Positions 14,049 to 27,378 of a stretch of 64,000 nucleotides of DNA are shown here, one piece after another. The stretch is from Felis catus (taxonomy: Eukaryota). The translations under genes were made by a program, and so were the position numbers. How positions within the stretch are numbered: position 1 is the stretch's first letter; every line of letters begins with the position of its first letter. The stretch is taken from the NCBI RefSeq assembly GCF_018350175.1, contig NC_058373.1, forward strand, positions 109,246,001-109,310,000. Reading direction: 5' to 3'. The notes under the pieces were generated by a model, which worked only from the letters and a program-made list of their open reading frames with translations, made no database searches and had not been told where the DNA came from.

Positions 14049-15405
14049 AATATAGCTATGACTTTAAGTCCACAAAAAAGCTAAAATGCTAAGGAAACTT
14101 TTTTTCAAAAACAGATTTATTTTTCCACCAAGAAATAAGGTATTTCTGAATTATTAAATAAGACAACTTTTCATTAGCTGAGGAAGATCCAATTTATCTT
14201 CATAAGTGAAGTATAAATAGCACAGAGGAAAAAAAAACCAAAGGAGAAAATTGCTCAAATGCAATATATGCAGAGCATAGAAATGGGATGATGAAATCAG
14301 ACCTTTTATTACTTCTTTCCTATAAAACTTTTCCTCTACTCGAAAACATTTATTTTTACTTCTCATTTTGTAATAGCTATGAGCAGTAAAACTTCTGAAA
14401 AAGGAATCCCAATCTTACTGGCAAGCAAACAGGAAATACTTCTGTGCATACGGGGACAATGAGCAAATGCCATTGTTGCTTCCACTACCTCCTGTCACAG
14501 TCATGATAAGCACTAAATTTGTAGAGCTCTGAAAAAGTTAAGAGTTGAACGTAGAATGGGTACGTAATCTACAAAATCCGATCATCCTTTAGCAATAGTT
14601 ACAGAAAAGAATACCGTAAGGGAACAGCAACAAGATAATTCATATTTTACTCAGAAGCTTAAAATCCAAATACAGCATTATCCAAATGGAAATACAGCAT
14701 CTACTTTCTTCAATCAATGAAAGCCCCATAAGTATTCTTTTTGGAAGCACATAATAAGCCATGTGGGGAAAGACGATAAATTCACTCCTGATGCAGGTAG
14801 GGAATATAGAGCTGTGATCTGGAAGTCTCTCGTCTGACCTTCACCTCCAAGACTCATGAAGACCATGACTCCCTTATTGCTACTAATTTTTTCTCCCAGA
14901 GAGGAGACAAGGAGTCTAGCATAACTTACCCTGAGCTTCCTTCCGACCAACACAGAAGAATTGGTTGGTATAGTGGAACAGATGTGACAGCAATAAGACT
15001 AATTTGGGCATTGTAAAGTTCTTGACAGTTAAGGTAAAAGGATTACTAATGTATTTGGTTATGTTCTACCCCATATGGTAGGTAGCATATGATTTAAATT
15101 TTTCAAAATAAATATTTGAAATAGAACAAAGAGAAGTAGAAACAAGAGAACTTGTACAAATGAAAGAGTAGCAGGAGCATTTTGACAGTTTTCTGTCTCA
15201 ACCTCAATACCTTGGGCTCTATTTCAGTTCCTATTCTCAAATGCTGTGGCATCAGTACAGCCTTAAAATAAATTCTCATTTTTCTTGAACACTTGAGGGG
15301 GGAAAACAGATACCAAACTTTAGGCAGTTAAAAAAAAAGCAGAATTATGAAAATTCAAAAGATGAATTGGCATAATTTACTGACAACAGATATTGAAAGG
15401 CAAGA

Positions 15406-15568
15406 GCATTGGGTGTTGTATGGAAACCAATTTGACAATAAATTATGTTTAAAAATAAATAATAAAATAAAATAAAAGAGAAAAGAAAAAGAAAAAGAAA
15501 AAGAAAAAGAAAAAGAAAAAGAAAAAGAAAAAGAAAAAGAAAAAGAAAAAGAAAAAGAAAAAGAAAAA
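15406..15568 (+). mobile_element. Extremely 5'-truncated felid L1 3' end whose tail is a (GAAAAA)n microsatellite
   Basis: gggtgttgtatggaaaccaatttgacaataaa resembles the cat L1 3' terminus. TSD gaaaggcaaga (15395-15405 / 15569-15579). Confidence 0.85.
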
Positions 15569-16448
15569 GAAAGGCAAGAAGATTCAAGAGAGCTTGGAGG
15601 CTTTCAGAAATGGAGCCGTGTAATCACGAACAATGAAGACAAAAATAAGCAGTTCTTAAGCACTTCCATGGGCCAACCTCTGAGTTAGGCCCTGGGAACA
15701 TGAACATAAATATGCCTTGCTTCTGCTCTGAAGAAACCCATAGTCCAAATGCATGACAAACTCAAAACAGCGTTAAATTAAAAAATAAAAACAGTGCTGC
15801 TATGGACGTACTTCTCTAGCTAGCTTAAAATTTTAAAGGAACTATGATACTGCTGTGAAAATACTGCACAGAAAAGGTATTTCTACCTGAGTTTTTTTCT
15901 CTAAAAATGAAAAGAAGAAAAAACAGAGAGGAATCGTTATCCTCATTCGAACTAAAAAAGTCACAACTCTCAACCAGAATGTGAAAATCAGTGCCTACTA
16001 GAATTAGGTCCAAACAGTGGCAGAGCAAACCCTCCTGATCTCTGACATAGGCAGACCTCTCCAAAGGGAGATGGTCCACCCCAAAGGATACCTGCTCTGG
16101 ACCCCACTTAATCAAAAAGCACCATTTTCTATGGCCATGATTAACACTACTTAAACATTACAACATATTTTGCAAGCATGCAAACTCTGCCACAGGTTCT
16201 ACGACACCACTTTCTCCTGGGTTTTGCCAACTCCCCAACCGATATCTCTTTCAAAATCGTTTTCTAGGGCTACCCCTCTCCATGCTTCTATGATGTGTTA
16301 GGGTTCTCATCATGATTTTCCTCAGCCCTCTCCTGGCTGATCTACTGCATATGCATGATTCTACTGACTTCTCTATATGGATGATTCACCGGTCCTGTCT
16401 CCTAAGTTCCTGACAGAGGCCAAATACTCACTATACATCTGCATTTTA

Positions 16449-16690
16449 GGGCGCCTGGGTGGCGCAGTCGGTTAAGCGTCCGACTTCAGCCAGGTCACGA
16501 TCTCGCGGTCCGTGAGTTCGAGCCCCGCGTCGGGCTCTGGGCTGATGGCTCAGAGCCTGGAGCCTGTTTCCGATTCTGTGTCTCCCTCTCTCTCTGGCCC
16601 TCCCCCGTTCATGCTCTGTCTCTCTCTGTCCCAAAAATAAATAAAAAAAAAAACATTGAAAAAAAAATTAAAAAAAATAAATAAATAAAT
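16449..16690 (+). mobile_element. Young felid SINE (SINEC_Fc type)
   Basis: Near-identical to the other young copies, with CpGs intact. No evident TSD. Confidence 0.96.
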
Positions 16691-17640
16691 GTGTCATGGG
16701 TGTTCACAAGGTAATTGGTCCCACAAGGAATCCCTTGTTCCACTTGAATGAGTTCTCCATCACCAACTGTCATGAGTGACATCATTACCTGCCCTGTCCC
16801 TCAGACCTGGGCCTGAGCTTCCTGCCACCCCCAGCTGGTTATCAAATGTTATCACAGGACATGAGCAAGTGCTCAAAATACATCTACTTAATAAACCTCT
16901 CAAAAATTTCCCTTCTTTCCTATTCTCAAGGCCTTGTCTTGGTCATGACTTCATATTTTTTCTTCCTTGTGTCACCAGAAGAGCCTATCAGCCACCCTAG
17001 CTCTGTTCCTACTCCCTTTAATTCAGACCACACTATACAGGCCACCAGTCTGGTATATATTTAAGTCACATCTATCTATTCATGTACCTCTCCAACCTTC
17101 ACTGTTACTTCATACCTACAGGATTAAGTATTAGCTCCTGATACTCCTAGTCCCTCAGATTCTTAGTGCCTGTTCCACAACAACCAACTGCTGTGCAGTC
17201 TTCCCATCCTTACCCCCAACGAACCCTGCAAGATTCATCTTTCTAATACACAGTACCCTCCAGGGACTCATCACAGACATTACATCAACCACAATCTCCA
17301 GCGCAGACCTTCAAGGTGCCCACCCTCACCTCTGTCTGGACCGCCAGGTCATCTCCACTATGCCTGTGCATCTCAGTAGTGCTCCCATGAAACCAAACTC
17401 CTGTTTGCTCCCAAACATAATCTCCAAGGTTCACTTTGAATTTGTCCGGAGTGTACCCTTCAAGGACTTGTAAAATCAGAAACTGTTATTCAAAATTATT
17501 AATATGCAAATAAGCAAGCTTGCTTTATTTGGAAAGCTGTTTTAACTTTCTCATTCTCTATCATTTTGTATTAAAGAGAATTTAATGCAATCATCATCAA
17601 AACTCAAACTGAAACAACTTGCTTTTAAAATGTGATGAAA

Positions 17641-17885
17641 GGGTGCCTGGGTGGGTTAGCCAGTTAATAATCTGACTCTTGATTTCAGCTCAGGTCATGA
17701 CCTCATGTTCGTGGGTTTGAGCCTCACATCAGGCTCTGTGTGACAGCACAGAGACTACTTGGGATTCTCTCTCTCCCCCTCTCCCTGCCTCTCTCCACTT
17801 GTGCGCACATGCACGCACGTGCACGTGTGCTCTCTCTCTCTCCTTTCTATCTCTCAAATAAATAAACATTAAAAAAATAAATACA
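17641..17885 (+). mobile_element. Can-SINE
   Basis: Head, body and tail. TSD-like taaaatgtgat / taaaatgcgat. Confidence 0.9.
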
Positions 17886-17919
17886 TAAAATGCGATTAAA
17901 TACTTAAAACTTGAAATCA

Positions 17920-18340
17920 TGCAAACATTCATCACCAGTATAATGGATAAACATTCATACATTCATTTAGTGGAATACTATCGAAAAATAAACATGAACA
18001 GACTATCTATATACAATAACAAGAATAAATCTAAAAAACATCATATTGAGCAAAAAGACCAAATACAAAAGAGTGTATACTGCATGCTTGCACGTACAAA
18101 AAGTGTAAAAACAGGTGTAATTCCTCTGTGGAATTAGAAGTCAAGATACTGGCTCCCTTTGTTGGTGGGGAAGGGTAGTGACTATGATGGGCATGAGGAG
18201 GATTGTGGGATTCTGGCAACATTCTGTTTCTTAATATGGCTAGTAATCATTACATGTGCTCACTTAGTGAAAATTCTTTGAGTTCTACACTTAAAACTGT
18301 CATTTTCTTTAAGCATATTATATTTAAACATAAAAAATAA
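17920..18340 (+). mobile_element. Old L1 (L1ME/L1MC-like) 3' fragment
   Basis: Motifs gtggaatactat, ttagaagtcaagatactgg, attctggcaacattctgtttctt and tgaaaattctttgagttctacactt. Confidence 0.7.
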
Positions 18341-19264
18341 CGTTAAGGAAAATCCAGCAGTCACTGCTGTGTTGTTAACATCTCACCATAGTACACAACT
18401 CAAATTCGTGATTTCTTTAGCATCATGTGATTTTTTTGAGGGAGGGTCATATTCAATATTGTATTAAAATAAGAGACTTCCCTTACTTATGATTCACTCT
18501 CACAACTTTTAGATTGGGCCACAAATTGTATTTAATTCCTTGTTTAAACCAGTCCTCAAAAAATGCCCTCCTTCTGTACCAACACCTTTTTAATAACAAT
18601 TTCTTGATTCTGTACTTTCCACCAGTTTTATGTGCTCATTTATTTTCTGCTTCATTTCACGCCACACTTTCCAGACCTTCTGTGCCCTCCTCTGAAGTCC
18701 AGAGGATTTCTGCCTCTATCCCAACCTCTGAGCTCTTAGCACACGAATCCCTGGGGTTCCACAGGTGGAAGAGAATTTCAAACACATGAAATGCATAATA
18801 GAACACAGCAGGGTTAATGGAGAACTTTCAGTCATCAGTCTTCTGCCTTTCCAGCTTATTTCCTTACCTGACAAGTCCCTCAGGCCACAGGAGCACAGCA
18901 AACAATATCCAGCACATATCGCTGAGGTATTAACTCCTCAATATTTTTATGGATTCCCACACTAAAGAGATGTGGGATGTTATTGGCATAAAAATCATAT
19001 ATTTCAATGATTAAGCCACCTAAAACACAAATCAATGCTCTCATTGGACCATCACTAATGATAGTAGGCAAATGGCTACTATCAGCTAATATATATTCCT
19101 ACCTTCTTCCCTTCTTGCTTTATAAAGAGAAAAGGGATGCTCCAAGAACTTTTTTATACAAAGATACATGACAAATAAGTGGGAGTGACAGAGGAGGAAT
19201 GCAGGTTTGTAAAATCCAGTGCATGGTGTTTTACCTACATCTTACATTCCCACACACAGGATGT

Positions 19265-19986
19265 TGTGGTAGATTGTTTGCAAGGAAAAAAAATGTAGCT
19301 GTGGTTATTTTCCTTCTTATATCCACACTGCTTGGCTGTGTGACTTTGCAGCTCCTACCTCCAGGAAATAAGGTCATTTCTCTAACCCTTGAATCCAAGC
19401 TGGCCCTATGGTTTGCTTTGGCCAACAGCATGTGGTGTAAATGACTTTGTGCCCATGCTAAGCCTACACCTCAAGAGGCATAGCACCTCCACTCAAGGTC
19501 TAGGAACCCAGCTTAGTTGCCATGTAAATACCTATGGGGTTTTTGAATGATGAGAGACCACAGAAGCAACCCTCTGAATCATCCATTTGAGCCATCCCAG
19601 ATCAGTCAGCTACCAAGCAACTCAGCAGCTTACCACAAATGCATGGGCAAGCTTATCAAGGTAAGTTAAACCTAGCCCAACTTAGCAGAACCACCCAATT
19701 TAGCCAAAAACTTGTGAGTTAAAGAAATGGTGATTGTTACTATCGACCAAGTTCTGGAGTAGTTTGTGATGCAGGGAAAAAAGGTAACTGATAATGGGCC
19801 ACCTGGGTGGCTCAGTCAGTTAAGCATTTGACTTTGGCTCACGTCATGATCTCAAGGTTCCTGGGTTCAAGCCCTGCGTCGAGCTTCGCACTTACAGGGC
19901 AGAGACTACTTGGGATTCTCCCTCCCTCCATCCCTCTACCCCTCCCCACCCTCTCCCTCAAAATAAATAAACTTAAAACTGATACA
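19265..19986 (+). mobile_element. MaLR MLT1-type LTR with a SINE near its 3' end
   Basis: TGTGGTAG start, acccttgaatc...tgctttggccaacag motif, and end gtttgtgatgcag...aactgataca. Confidence 0.75.
19796..19976 (+). mobile_element. Can-SINE nested in the MLT1 LTR
   Basis: TSD aactgata on both sides. Confidence 0.9.
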
Positions 19987-20999
19987 AATGTGGGGAAAAT
20001 ATATCTGTTATGTGTTTATGTGCATAGAATTTCATACTTGGTATGACTTAATACTAGGGACTATATAGATTGTCACTAGATACAAAGGTCTCATTTTAAT
20101 AAGACTGTCCAATATAGGTAAGATATGGGTATGTAAAATAAAATTTAACATATAAATGTTAGACATTATTTATCTTTTATATTGGGAAATGTGTCCCTAT
20201 TCTGCTTTGAATAGATCCATGCCAATGAATATACCACGAGAATAGAAAACTCAGAATTATTACTTCACATATTTCCTAAATATTTTTCAAATCCAACCTC
20301 ACCTAAAGTCACCATAGATAACTTTATTATACATGTGAATGAGTCTTTCAATACCTTGGTCTCACAGTTTCTTCACCAAATCCTCTGCAACAATCTTTCC
20401 ATTTCTCCTCAGATACCCACTCCCAGGGTCATAACATGAAATTTGTCATATCCTAAAAGTGTTTCTAGCTCTGAAGTCTTGAACTTAATCAGCCTGCTAT
20501 CTGACCACTTCCTCTTCTCTGTTGAGCAAAATGGTCCAATTACACCAACTGCAGAGTTCAATCTTATTGAACTTCCAGTCCACCAACAGATCTACTTTTT
20601 CTCAATCTATCAACTCGCTCCATTCTCCACTTTCTTCTTTATGCAGTCCCATAACATCAGTAACACTATATACCCTGAATTTCTTAACATCTCTGCCTCT
20701 TCATTGTAGCCTCTATCAAAATCCAAATCCTAGCTCCATTATCAGCTTTCTTCATGCTTGTGTTAACGGTCAAGAAAATCATAATCTTGAGCATATAATA
20801 GGGCAGATTACCTCCACTATAAACTCATTATCATCAATCTCAAAGCATCTTTCAACTATCTAGTAATTTTACTGCTTTTTGTAAGAATTTATGCACCCAC
20901 TAGATTTCAAACTTTCTCTACTCTGCTCAAAATTCCAACCATTCCTCTCTTCAACTACATTCTTCCCTAGACATTTAAATATCTCATGTGTCTCTCATT

Positions 21000-21004
21000 A
21001 AGAA

Positions 21005-21073
<69 letters not shown>

Positions 21074-21092
21074 AAAAGAAAGAGAAAGAAAG
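21000..21092. repeat. (GAAA)n microsatellite
   Basis: Directly visible. Confidence 0.95.
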
Positions 21093-21189
21093 GTAGTTTA
21101 CAAGAAACTCCTCCCCCCTTCTCCCATTCCAGACTATATCTCTGGTCCTCTTTTAATATCTAAGCAAATGTCAGCATTGGCCATTTGAT

Positions 21190-21611
21190 TAAGCAAACCA
21201 GAAACTAAGAAGTATTCTTGTCAGAAGTATTCTGAAATTCCTCACACCCAATCTATCTTAAAATAATGTTAATTTCGGCTCCTAAGTATCTCTCAGATGT
21301 ATCCATTTCTCTCCATCTCTACTGTCACTACCTAAGGCCATGCTACTAGCATCTGTCTCCTGGATCTATAGATGTTTCCTAATAAGTTTCAAGTCCTTTA
21401 TTTGTCCCCATCCAATTTTCTCTGAACACCATGTAACTCTTATACTTTTCAGGGCACCTGGGTGGCTCAGTTGGTTAAGAATCCGACTTCAGCTCAGGTC
21501 ATGATCTCACAGCTTATGAGTTCGAGCCGGGTGTCTGACGGCTCAGAGCTGGAGCCTGTTTCAGATTCTATGTCTCCCTCTCTCTCTGTCCCTCCCCACT
21601 CATGCTGTGTG

Positions 21612-21663
<52 letters not shown>

Positions 21664-22170
21664 AAAAATAAATAAACATTAAAAAATTTTAATGAAAAAA
21701 AGAGTTACTTTACAAAATCACTCCCAGTTTAAAATCATATGATGGCTTCCCATTGTTCTTAAAGCTGTTTTGGTTTACACAGACTTGCATGGTGTGGCCC
21801 ATGCCTACCGCTCTAACCTCATCCTTCAACATTCTTCAGCTCACTCTTCATCCAAATTTCAGGTTTTGGATATTGCCATGCTCCCTCCAACACAGGGCCT
21901 AGGCACTTGCTAGTCTTTCATGCCCTCTATCCTTAGCTTACTTAGCTAGCTTTTTTCGTACTTCAGATCTCAGCTCAGTCACTGCTTCTCCAGGAAAACT
22001 CTCCTCTCCAGTCTAGATCAGGTCATTCCATTATATAGTCTCAAAGGACCATGTACATTCCCTTCAGGACATGTGCCTTAGTTGTGAGTGTATATGTTCT
22101 GTTAATCCTTTTATTTAGCACTCCCTTGCAAATAGTAAGTGCCAAATACTTATTGAAAGAATGAATACGT
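21190..22170 (+). mobile_element. L2 fragments interrupted by a SINE
   Basis: L2-like motifs ccatttctctccatctctactgtcac, atggcttcccattg, cttcagatctcagctca and tattgaaagaatgaat. Confidence 0.6.
21452..21700 (+). mobile_element. Can-SINE with expanded (CT)n
   Basis: Head, body, (CT)n tract and A tail. Confidence 0.9.
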
Positions 22171-24105
22171 TATTTAAAGAATAAACTAACCAATACATAA
22201 GTCTCTCATAATAATTTCTGATTCCTCCACCACTGATATTGTATTAATAATTAATAGTTATTTCATCTTCATGGATAGCACCATAGCAGGCAACTGAATA
22301 GAAACCACAGAACAGTAATAAGCTCCATTTCATAAGCATTGGGTCCTTATTCTAAATAGATTATATACATGAATGACTACATAGTGCATTTCCATTTTCT
22401 ATTGTAGAACACAATCTAAAGACTGAAAGAAAATTGCAAAGTACATTTATTATCTGAACCTTTAACCCAGATAACAAATTCTATTGCCTCCTTTCTATTC
22501 AAAATTCACTTGTCCAATTCCTGCTACCAAGAGATCCATGGGGAAATAATCCTAATTACTCCATACATTAGTTAACATGCTTCAGAGAAGGATCTCAATT
22601 TAGATAACTTGTACATACTACCTGCTTTAGCCAATTTATATTCTTATCAAAACACAGTGGCATAGATAGATAGACAGATAGATGAAGAGCAGACATCTAT
22701 CTTCAGTAATATCCATAATGTACTAATTTTTTAAGTGCTTCTTGTTGTGGAAAAGACTTTCTCTTTAATTGGATCATAATGAATATAAAGCAGGACCAAA
22801 ATACACACCCTAAAAAGAGGTGTATTGCCTGAAGCTTCAATTTTTTTCACACATTATATACATGTACAAGCAAACTAAGTTGAAGGATGCTTTAAATTCT
22901 TCAATAACTCGTTGCTGCCTTTACAATAATCCAAACGCCTTAATGCAACCTGCCTAACTCTATAGTTTTGCCTTGTGCATCTCTGTCTTCTGTCTCTATA
23001 CTCCAGTCATAGAAAACTTAATTCTTTTCTTCAAAAATGTCATATTCTCTCACCTGGGAGTCTCTAAACATGATGTTTAAAGCACACTCCTGAACCTACA
23101 AATCACCCCTTGTGCCTGGTTAACTCCTACTCATCTCTCAGGTCTGGGCTTAAATGTCTATCACTTCTTCAGAGACTTCCCTTAACTATCCCCATCCTCA
23201 AATAGATTAAGGCCCTTGTTTTAAAGCATAAGTACCTGGTCCAGGAAATGCTGAGGGAATAATGGAGGAGGCAGTGAGAGTTGAAACAAAGGAAGGGGGA
23301 AGTGGCCATGATGGACCAGGTAGCAAAAGTTATGAAGATTCAGGGATGAGATCCAAGAGATAAAGAAAAGGAGAAAAGAAGGTAAAAATTTAGTCAGTAG
23401 AGAAAAGGCAGGAGAGGATACTGACAGGACTAAGTGAATCTTACTAATAGTAGAACACCCAGATCTACAAATTCTGGAAAAATAGAAGAGGAGGGTGAAC
23501 AGTCATGTCCTCCAAAACCATTTTCTAAAAGTGGTCCTTTTCCAACAATTGTAATGATAATATGTGACAATGTGGTTTTTAAGGCTATTCTAAAAACATG
23601 ATGCAATCTCAAAGCAAACCTGGGAGACATGCAAAGAAGGTGGTCAAAGAGTAGTAGCTCCCCTTTTGTAAACTTTTTCCTCCCTACCCAATTCTTTGGC
23701 CCAACATCCACTTCCAGGCTCACTCCCCTAATATTACAACTTGGCTGCCCTGGACCAAGGCTTCCACAGCTCTGATAGTCCAGGACCATACATTAGTTCC
23801 TAAGGTCCCATGTTTCTTTTCCAATTTTCTAAAAAATGCCTGCTCTTATATCTCCCATCACTTCCGGTTACTTGAGTCTCTTTTCTTTGCAACAACAACA
23901 GCAACAAAACCTTAACCTAACAGTTACATTTAGCCCAGTACATGTTTTCCCACATGGTTCAACTCCTGATCATCCCAGTTATTAGCTGTATCTTATTGCC
24001 CTATATTATATCTGTATATAGATCATGTCACTATCTGAAATTACATATATACTTCTTAAATTTTCCATACATGTTTGCTGTTTTTATCCGCCAGAATAAA
24101 AACTC

Positions 24106-24551
24106 TGACCAAGACAACCTTAATGCACCTTGATTAAACTTTAGACGGGCTTTTTTCCTGACTCTAGGCCCTGACCTCCCTTTTCTTAGAGTCTTTACTT
24201 TAGAAAACTTTCAATTATAAATTATTTCTCTGCCCCTTTGAGATATAAATCTTCTCCCAGACTTTTGACAGTTGTACAAGCCAGGAATGTCTTTCTCAAG
24301 GACTTGGGAGCCATCCTTTTGAAACATAATCAAGAAAAATAGTGCCCCTATCTCTCAGCATCTGTGGGCAGGTAGGAGTCTAACTTTGATGACAGCAATT
24401 AGCAAATATAGATGGCTTAATCACATTGACCAACTTCTCTGCCTTCTGTTTCAGCATGGTTGAGTTCAATCTCTCTTCCCTATTACAATAGTCTTAAATG
24501 AAGTCTTTGTTGCCATTTTTAACAAGTGTTCAGTACAATTTCTCTTTGACA
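24106..24551 (+). mobile_element. ERV1-class solo LTR (MER34/MER39-like) inserted into an L2 3' end
   Basis: TGAC...TTTGACA termini. Motifs tttactttagaaaactt, ctctgcccctttgagat and caggaatgtctttctcaaggac. The flanks rejoin to an L2 tail (…aactc|catgaag…tgttgaatgaatg). Confidence 0.75.
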
Positions 24552-25985
24552 GTTCCATGAAGATAAGGAGGATTTGTGTGCTTGTTCACTGTTGATGTTC
24601 CCAATATTTAGAATAAAGAAGTAGCTCAATATATATCTGTTGAATGAATGGAGGAATGAAATCACAGAAGGTATTTTTTTTTTTTGCATTTAAAGGATAA
24701 CTTTGAGAGAAAAATAAATCCCTCTTGGCTATTCCTTTATATTTCTGAATATACTGCCACATCTCAAAATTCAATCTAAGTACATGGCTTACTAATCACA
24801 CTAAGGAGAAGAAATTATCAGTCTTAGTGATATAACTTTATTACACGCACTGACAGGCTTCTACACGTGGAAATTGTATTCCCTAAATATGATTACTTTC
24901 TTTGTCAGTAAAGGTGAAAATGGCATTAAATATATGTGCTATTATTAAACTTTAGTTATATTTTAATACTGAACACAAAAAGTTCAAGTGGTTCTAAAAT
25001 TCTAGCAGGACAATATTTGAGTTAAAAATTCTGCTAGTCTAACAATTTGTAACTATCATAAAATAACTGTTGCACAAGCTTCTATCATCTATGCTTCTTC
25101 ACTCATCGTGGCCAAAACAATTACAACATCTGCAAAAGCTCAAACAAAAAATTTTGAGTATGGCCATTCACAACTCAGTATAAGCTTGTGTATAAATGTG
25201 AATATAACTTAAGATGGCTGATTTTGCCTAACACAATCACCTAAGCACAAACAAATCACAGTGAAAACTAGCATCTTCTGGAAAAATGCACACCAGGCAT
25301 CTGATTGTAAAGTCCATATTTTTCTCTGCAATGCTGACCAAGTAAGCATTCATGCTCACAAGACTGTCATAAGCCATGCTTGTTCTCATTAGATATCTCA
25401 GAGGGATACAGGGAAGAAATCACTGGTTATGAGTAGGGCAGCAACAGGCATCCTCTTCCATAGGATTTGACCTCATAGCAGTCTATGTAGCAGTCCAGAA
25501 AACTATGCTTTGTACCCTCTCCCAAGGAGACAACCATCCTAACTTAAAAACTAGAGAACTGACCCTGCATAACCCCACACTCAGCCTGGAGACTCAGAGC
25601 TGAAACCATGTTAACATGACTTTTATGTAATTCCTCTATCTTCCTTAGCATGACTTTATTTTTCCAGGACTCCAGAAAATCAAATGGTTTGATTTTTCAC
25701 CATAGGAACTTCCCAAAGACCCATTAACTCTTCAACAGAAAGCATAAATAGTTTACGCCCTAAGGTTCTTTGAATTCTTTGCCTCAAAATCCTCATCTTG
25801 CTGTCTCCAGCAATCCCGGATTATTATATCTTGATACTTGAACTTTATTCAATCCTGATTCTTGACTTGAGAGATTTAAAGGCTTTAAAGGATGCCAAAT
25901 ATGGTTATCCATACACTTACCCCTGAGTGGATAGGTGAAAGTCAAGTGTGAGTGAACTACCAATCTAATCCTCAATAAATGTTTT

Positions 25986-26185
25986 GGGGCACTTGAGTGG
26001 CTCAGTTGGTTGAGTGTCCATCTCTTGACTTCAGTTCAAGTCATGACCTCATGGCTAATGAGTTCAAGCCCCACAGCAAGATCCACACTGACAGTGCGGA
26101 GCCTGCTTGGGATTCTGTCTCTCCCTCTCTCTCTTCCCCTCCCCACCTGTGCTCTCTTTCTGTCTCAAAATAATAAACTTTAAAA
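25986..26185 (+). mobile_element. Can-SINE
   Basis: Head, body and tail. Confidence 0.9.
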
Positions 26186-26914
26186 AGTGTATATATAGAT
26201 ATACATATACATAGATATTTTTTTTATTGTTATTAGAATCACTAGGTTGTAAAGGGGCTTTCTCACTCAGAGAAGGACTGGGAGGTATATAGGTCTTAAA
26301 ACTGTAGCTAAGATTTTTTTAAAGCAGGCTACTAAAAAACCTAAGTCCTGAATACAAGGTAGAATCACCCCACAGGTAATACATGAAAATTTCATCACAG
26401 TAAAAGTCTCAAGCTCTTCAGAGGAAAGAAAATTATCAGGATAAAGAGGGGCATTGCATAATGATGAAAAGGTAAATTCTCCAAGATGTAATAAGCCTTA
26501 ATGTATATGAACATAACAAGAACATCAAAATATGTGAGGCAAAAGCAAGTAGAACTTCTAGGAGAAAGAGATAAATCCACTGTTATAGTTGAAGTCTTCA
26601 ACACCTCTCTGTCATAAATGGTCAGATCTACCAGGCAGAACATCAGTAAAGACATGGTAGAATTCAACAGTACCATGAATCAACTGGATATAATTGACAT
26701 CAGTCAAACAAAAACAGCAAAGAAAACACATTCTTCTCAAGCTCACATAAAACATTAGCAAGATAGAACATATTCTAGACTAACACACACCTTAACAAAT
26801 GCAAAAGAATAGAAATCATACAGTATTCACTTTTAGATCACAATGGAATTAAGCTAGAAATCAACAGAAAGATAGTTAGAAAATCCCAAAATACTTGAAG
26901 ACTAAACAACACAC

Positions 26915-27131
26915 TTTTTTTTTATTTTTTTAATGTTTATTTATTTTTGAGAGAGAGAGAGAGACAGAGCATGAGTGGAGGAGGAGCAGAGCAAGAGGGA
27001 GACACAGAATCCAAAGCTGGGTCCAGGCTCTGAGCTGTCACAGAGCCTGACACAGGGCTTGAACCCACACTGTAAGATCATGACCTGAGCTGAAGTTGGA
27101 CACTTAACCGACTGAGCCACCCAGGTGCCCC
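26915..27131 (-). mobile_element. Can-SINE inside the L1
   Basis: TSD aacaacacactt. Confidence 0.93.
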
Positions 27132-27161
27132 AACAACACACTTCTAAATAAGAAATGGTTA

Positions 27162-27378
27162 GGGGTGTCTGGGGGGCTCAGTCAGTTAAGTGTCCGACTT
27201 TGGCTCAGGTCATGATCTCACCACTTGTGAGTTCAAGCCCCGCATCGGGCTCTGTGCTGACAGTTCAGAGCCTGGAGCCTGCTTTGGATTCTGTGTCTTC
27301 CTCTCTCTCTGCCCCTTCCCTGCTCATGCTCTGTCTCTCTCTGTCTCTCAGAAATAAATAAACGTTATTTTTTTTTTA
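27162..27378 (+). mobile_element. Can-SINE inside the L1
   Basis: TSD aataagaaatggt. Confidence 0.93.

Noticed and set aside
14924..14936. Strong minus-strand donor AGG|GTAAGT (similar site at 25915-25927) suggesting cryptic exons
   Set aside because: There is no convincing paired acceptor or channel-like reading frame. Such hexamers are expected by chance in 64 kb.
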